A DNA stretch of 64,000 bases from an uncultured Candidatus Saccharibacteria bacterium (lineage in GTDB: Bacteria > Patescibacteriota > Minisyncoccia > Phycocordibacterales > UBA2100): positions 1,800 through 65,799 of the forward strand of contig CAZZHR010000002.1 of the NCBI GenBank assembly GCA_964654205.1, written 5' to 3'. Numbering within the stretch: the stretch's first letter is position 1; every line of letters begins with the position of its first letter. Below the pieces are notes generated by a model that was given only the letters and a program-made list of their open reading frames with translations, did no database searches and was not told the DNA's origin. A program made the position numbers and the translations under genes. This document shows, piece after piece, positions 60,139 to 64,000 of the stretch.

Positions 60139-60170
60139 GTATAGCCGCCGCCCATGAGGGCGGCGGCTAT
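60139..60170. promoter_or_regulatory. Perfect 14-bp-stem palindromic hairpin between rpmE and prfA
   Basis: TATAGCCGCCGCCCatgaGGGCGGCGGCTATA. Confidence 0.6.
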
Positions 60171-60182
60171 AGGTCAGGGTCG

Positions 60183-60467
60183 TTATTTAGAAGACTTCTT
60201 AGACTTCGCTGCAGCAGCCTGCCCGGCCAGGGCGCGCGTCTTGAACTTCTCAACGCGGCCGGCGGTATCAATAGTCTTGGATTGTCCCGTGTAGAAGGGA
60301 TGCGACGCACTGGAGATTTCTATCTGGAAGACCGGGTACTCCTTGCCATCGTCCCATTTGTCGGTCTTTTCCGTCTCGATGGTCGAGCCTATGAGAAAAC
60401 GCTTCCCCGAGGTCACGTCCTCGAAGATCACTGGTCGGTAGTTTTCCGGGTGAATATCCTTTTTCAT
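60183..60467 (-). CDS. rpmE: 50S ribosomal protein L31
   Basis: [29 protein letters not shown]... Confidence 0.9.
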   Translation of the reverse strand: MKKDIHPENYRPVIFEDVTSGKRFLIGSTIETEKTDKWDDGKEYPVFQIEISSASHPFYTGQSKTIDTAGRVEKFKTRALAGQAAAAKSKKSSK

Positions 60468-60587
60468 GCGTGCCCGTCCGAAGCCTAGGCGAAGGAGGGT
60501 GGCGACACTATACCGTAAAGTCGTCGAAATACAAATCCTTGACCCCTCTTTACACCATGCTCTACTGCCCTCAGGGAGGACTCGACA

Positions 60588-60959
60588 ATGAAACTTGCAA
60601 CGCGCCTTGCGTTCGTGCTGCTTATCGCAATACCCACTGCAGCGACCGCGCAGACCCCGCTACCGCATCCGCCGGCAGTCGCGAAGCCACCAGGCGTCGC
60701 GCTCGTCGAAGCGACCGAGAGCGCGAAGCTCTTAGTCTGCCCGGGGATCGACCGCAAGCATACGTGCGAGGAAGATTTCGACAGACTTATCGTTCGGGCT
60801 CGCGAGCTCGCGTCGATGGCGCACGCTGCGCTGCTCGCCGAGCGCGATGGTAAGCCCGAAGTCGCAAAGCGCGTGCTGCAGGAGTCCGCAGAGATGACGG
60901 AAGAGTTCCGGCGTGCGGTACGAGCTGTGCTCGCACGATACGCGCTTCCCGAAGTGTGA
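60588..60959 (+). CDS. Small secreted helical protein (123 aa)
   Basis: Signal peptide [21 protein letters not shown]; RBS AGGGAGGA; terminator 60965-61012. Confidence 0.5.
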   Translation: MKLATRLAFVLLIAIPTAATAQTPLPHPPAVAKPPGVALVEATESAKLLVCPGIDRKHTCEEDFDRLIVRARELASMAHAALLAERDGKPEVAKRVLQESAEMTEEFRRAVRAVLARYALPEV

Positions 60960-60964
60960 AGTCA

Positions 60965-61012
60965 ACGACCCCGGTGTAGGTCTCGCGTCCCGGGGTCGTT
61001 TGTGTTTATTTG
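60965..61012 (+). terminator. Intrinsic terminator
   Basis: ACGACCCCGG, loop, CCGGGGTCGT, then TTGTGTTTATTTG. Confidence 0.7.
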
Positions 61013-62355
61013 CCCTCGAGAATGTCTATCTCCGCCTGAATTCTATCCATGTGTCGCAAGACGCCGTCGCCGTACGGGGCGTTCGCTGGCTTCGCCCAGT
61101 TGCCACCCGCGAAGTAGCGGAGCGCGGCGCGGCGCCAGCTCTCGCGCGTCCCTCCATCGGCACCATTGTCCTGCATGAGAAGCGCCGTCGCCATGATGGC
61201 GGTGCGCGCGTGCCACGGGTCGGGCATGCTTTGTCCTGAAAGAGTTGAGAGTCTGTTTTTGTACAACATCCAGGTAGAAGGGATAAACTGCGAAGGACCC
61301 ATCGCACCGCCGTACCCGACTGACTGCGGACAGGAGACTGGCGTGGTCGACCAATCGATGCCGAGCGCCTCGGTAATCGTCTGGAACGGCACGGTGTCTC
61401 GCGGAGCGGCCATGACTTTGCTGAATGCGCGACCAGTGTTCTTACCGACACCGTCGCCTGTCGAAAGACTCTTTACATAGCACGAGCCCTGGTTCGCACC
61501 GAGGTTCGTCTCCTGAGTGAGTATGGCGAGAATGAGCGCGGGCGGCACCCCCGTCCCCTGCGAGGCCTCTTTCGCATAATCATACGCGGTGCCGAAGGGT
61601 ATCGCGCTCGTGTCGCGCAGACCGAAAAGTGCCGCCCGAATTTCTGCCGCTTTCTTCTGTTTCTCCGCGATTATCTGTTCGTATGTTTTTTCTTGACCCC
61701 TCGTCGCTGTCAGGATGCTCTGCTTCTCCTTCTCGTCGGCCTCTATCGCCTGTCTCGCGACCACCTGGGCGGTACGTACTTGGCGAGCCTCGTCTTCCTT
61801 GTCTTCGAGGGCGCGTTTTCTATCCTGAAGCTCAAGCTTGTAGAGCGCCATTTCTTCAAATGAGACCCCAAGCGCACGCTGTACCTGCTCGTAACTGTCA
61901 ACCTGCTGGAACACATCTGATATGGAACCGGTCGCAAGTGCGAGCACAGCGATAGAGAGGTCATCTATCTCGCGCGTACGGCGCAAGATCTGCGCGAGCG
62001 ACTCTTGGCCTTTCGCGACCTTGGCATCTACGAGCCGCATCGCCTGCTGCTTGTCCGTAATGTCGGTTTGTATCTGACGAAGCGTAAGGTCTGTCTGACG
62101 TATCTGCTGCTGCGCTATCCTTATCTTGTTGTCGAGGATAGCAATGTCGCGCTCGAGGGTTGTACGCTCTTTCTGAAGCTCGGATAACGTGCCCCGATTG
62201 TTCGCGATATCACGCTCTATCTGATCGAGCTCAGCCTGAAGCCGCGCCCGTTCTGCAGCGTCGGTGACTTGCGCCGAGGAAAAAGAAGGGAGGAAAAGGG
62301 AAGACGAGACAAACAGTGCCGTCGCTACGACATATACAATTCGCCTCATACGCAT
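61006..62355 (-). CDS. Secreted coiled-coil protein fused to a lytic murein transglycosylase (SLT/MltB-like) domain
   Basis: Signal peptide; 230-aa coiled coil; ILTQETNLG (catalytic Glu context) and GYGGAMGPSQFIPSTW (MltB-like). Confidence 0.65.
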   Translation of the reverse strand: MRMRRIVYVVATALFVSSSLFLPSFSSAQVTDAAERARLQAELDQIERDIANNRGTLSELQKERTTLERDIAILDNKIRIAQQQIRQTDLTLRQIQTDITDKQQAMRLVDAKVAKGQESLAQILRRTREIDDLSIAVLALATGSISDVFQQVDSYEQVQRALGVSFEEMALYKLELQDRKRALEDKEDEARQVRTAQVVARQAIEADEKEKQSILTATRGQEKTYEQIIAEKQKKAAEIRAALFGLRDTSAIPFGTAYDYAKEASQGTGVPPALILAILTQETNLGANQGSCYVKSLSTGDGVGKNTGRAFSKVMAAPRDTVPFQTITEALGIDWSTTPVSCPQSVGYGGAMGPSQFIPSTWMLYKNRLSTLSGQSMPDPWHARTAIMATALLMQDNGADGGTRESWRRAALRYFAGGNWAKPANAPYGDGVLRHMDRIQAEIDILEGK

Positions 62356-62518
62356 ACGTTCTGACGATTATACCCCGTGAGATATTACATTCGAGCTTGA
62401 AAGGAGGATTGCGTCATGGCAGTAGTTGGATACTGCACCAAAGCCATTTTGAGTATCTCATGGGGTTATATCAGAACCGTATTACCCAAAACCGGCGCTC
62501 CCGCGCCGGTTTTCATCA

Positions 62519-63175
62519 TTATTCGCTTTTCGCTTCTCCTTCGGGAGCTGGAGCCGTCTCGCCTTCTGCAGGAGCAGCACCTTCTTCAGGTGCAGCACCT
62601 TCGGCCGGCGCCGGAGCCTCTTCTTTTTCCTCGACGTGAGCCGTGACCGACGCGACGATTTCTTCCGCACCTGAGATGAGGGTCGCGCTCGGGGGCAGCT
62701 GTATCTGAGCCGCCGTGATGTGGTCGCCCACGTTCTCGAGTGTCGAGAGGTCAACTTCGAGATGCTGCGGAAGCTCTTGCGGAGCAACCTCTATTTCGAT
62801 TTCATGCAATGCTTTGGAAATAACGTGGCCGGCTTTCTCTGCTGGCGCGGCGCCGACGAACTCGAGCGGGATATTGAGCGTAATCTTCTTTCCTTTTTCG
62901 AGCACGTAGAAGTCGGCATGGAGCAGTGCGCCCGTGACCGGGTCTTTCTGGACATCTTTGATGAGCGTGTCCTTGTCCTCGCCCGCGCCCGTGAGCGTGA
63001 TGATGGTCGTTTCGCCGGCCTCTTTCCATACTGCAGCAAGCCTCCTGCCGTCTATCGCGATGGGAGTCGCATGTTCCTTCGGACCATAGAAAACAGCCGG
63101 GACAGCTCCCCTCGAGCGTACCGATTCGGCGGACGCTTTCGCGTCGCGCGGACTGACTTCAAGCTTCACTATCAT
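62519..63175 (-). CDS. rplY: 50S ribosomal protein L25 (Ctc form) with Ala/Pro/Glu-rich tail
   Basis: MIVKLEVSPRDAKASAESVRSRGAVPAVFYG... Confidence 0.85.
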   Translation of the reverse strand: MIVKLEVSPRDAKASAESVRSRGAVPAVFYGPKEHATPIAIDGRRLAAVWKEAGETTIITLTGAGEDKDTLIKDVQKDPVTGALLHADFYVLEKGKKITLNIPLEFVGAAPAEKAGHVISKALHEIEIEVAPQELPQHLEVDLSTLENVGDHITAAQIQLPPSATLISGAEEIVASVTAHVEEKEEAPAPAEGAAPEEGAAPAEGETAPAPEGEAKSE

Positions 63176-63207
63176 GGCTCAGGAGTATACCGTGAGCGAT
63201 AGAAATA

Positions 63208-64000
63208 TCAAGATTTGTCCCCAAATACACGCAGCCTTTTCTCGATGTACGCGGTCATTTTCTCGACAGCAGGCGACAGGAATTTGTAGGGTGCGACTTC
63301 GTCCCCAGCGACCGCATCCCTCAGAGAATCACGGTAGAGTACTCTCAACTCCGTGTTGATATGCACCACTGCGACGCCCGCCTTGATACACGCGGTGATA
63401 TCTGCATCGGTATTACCGGACGCACCGTGAAGAACGAGTGGAACGTTCGTCGTGGCCGCTATGTCGGCCACTCTATCGGGATGCAGCTTCGGCTCGGACG
63501 CGTTCTTGAGCATGCCGTGTATGTTGCCCACTGCCGGCGCAAGACAATCGAGCCCACCTTCTGCTACCAGCCGCTGTGCATCCTCCGTAGACGTCAAATT
63601 CTCCAGCGAAACACCCTCGGGGAGCTCATCGTGCAGCTTGGAAGACTGCCCGATATACCCAAGCTCTCCTTCGACGACGATATCTCTACCACTCTGTCTC
63701 GCGTACGCCACCACGTCTTTCACGTAGGAAATATTCTCCTCCATCGCTAGCTTCGCGCCGTCGACGACTATGGAATCGACCATCGCGTCGATTGCGGCCT
63801 TAGCATTTTCGCGCGTGTACGTGTGGTCGGCGTTGAGATAGAGCTCGATGCCATCTCTGCGATACATATCGATAAGCGCGCGAGCGTGCGCAAGAGGGAA
63901 GTGTTCGCGTTCCCCTTCTGAGAGACCGACGATGACGGGGAGAGCGGCTCCGCGACTCGCGAGCGCGATCGCTTTGAGCTGGTTGCTGTCAGATATGTTG
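63208..64000 (-). CDS. fba: Class II fructose-bisphosphate aldolase (N-terminus beyond the window end)
   Basis: LHGASG, HINTE and GELGYIGQ motifs; the reading frame stays open upstream of the internal Met to the window end (…PVIVGLSEGEREH…). Confidence 0.8.
   Translation of the reverse strand, partial: NISDSNQLKAIALASRGAALPVIVGLSEGEREHFPLAHARALIDMYRRDGIELYLNADHTYTRENAKAAIDAMVDSIVVDGAKLAMEENISYVKDVVAYARQSGRDIVVEGELGYIGQSSKLHDELPEGVSLENLTSTEDAQRLVAEGGLDCLAPAVGNIHGMLKNASEPKLHPDRVADIAATTNVPLVLHGASGNTDADITACIKAGVAVVHINTELRVLYRDSLRDAVAGDEVAPYKFLSPAVEKMTAYIEKRLRVFGDKS

Overview
This 64-kb, roughly 60% GC window looks like a streamlined bacterial chromosome, probably a CPR/Patescibacteria-like genome: no integrase, transposase, CRISPR array or rRNA is present, and many enzymes are unusually short. 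Housekeeping genes dominate. They include tsaC (partial), tRNA-Val(GAC), tsaD, valS, the dnaG-rpoD operon, uppS, rpoB-rpoC, trmD, khpA and rpsP (rimM is missing), smc, rnc, a NusB-NUDIX fusion, rpmF, rnhB, dnaE, thrS, gyrB, pheS-pheT, tRNA-Thr(TGT), tsf, rpsB, prfA, rpmE, rplY and fba (partial). The best candidate for something new is an accessory island of about 11.7 kb between thrS and gyrB (38.0-49.7 kb). Two paralogous PaaX-like regulator genes bound it, and each is itself bracketed by direct copies of its own palindromic DNA element. The island holds monocistronic genes driven by near-perfect TTGACA-N16/17-TATAAT promoters. These encode an octapeptide-repeat surface protein, two paralogous cysteine-motif secreted proteins, membrane proteins, a low-GC 697-aa orphan protein, a sortase coupled to a hexapeptide-repeat membrane protein, and a CARDB-domain surface protein. 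Adjacent to the island, the last 14 codons of gyrB are duplicated in frame with synonymous recoding. Two further 3'-end duplications look like integration footprints: an 18-nt copy of the tRNA-Val 3' end, and an S41-peptidase cassette flanked by 47-nt identical cores from a peptidoglycan-binding protein gene. A 36-42-nt palindromic element also recurs upstream of two translation-gene operons.
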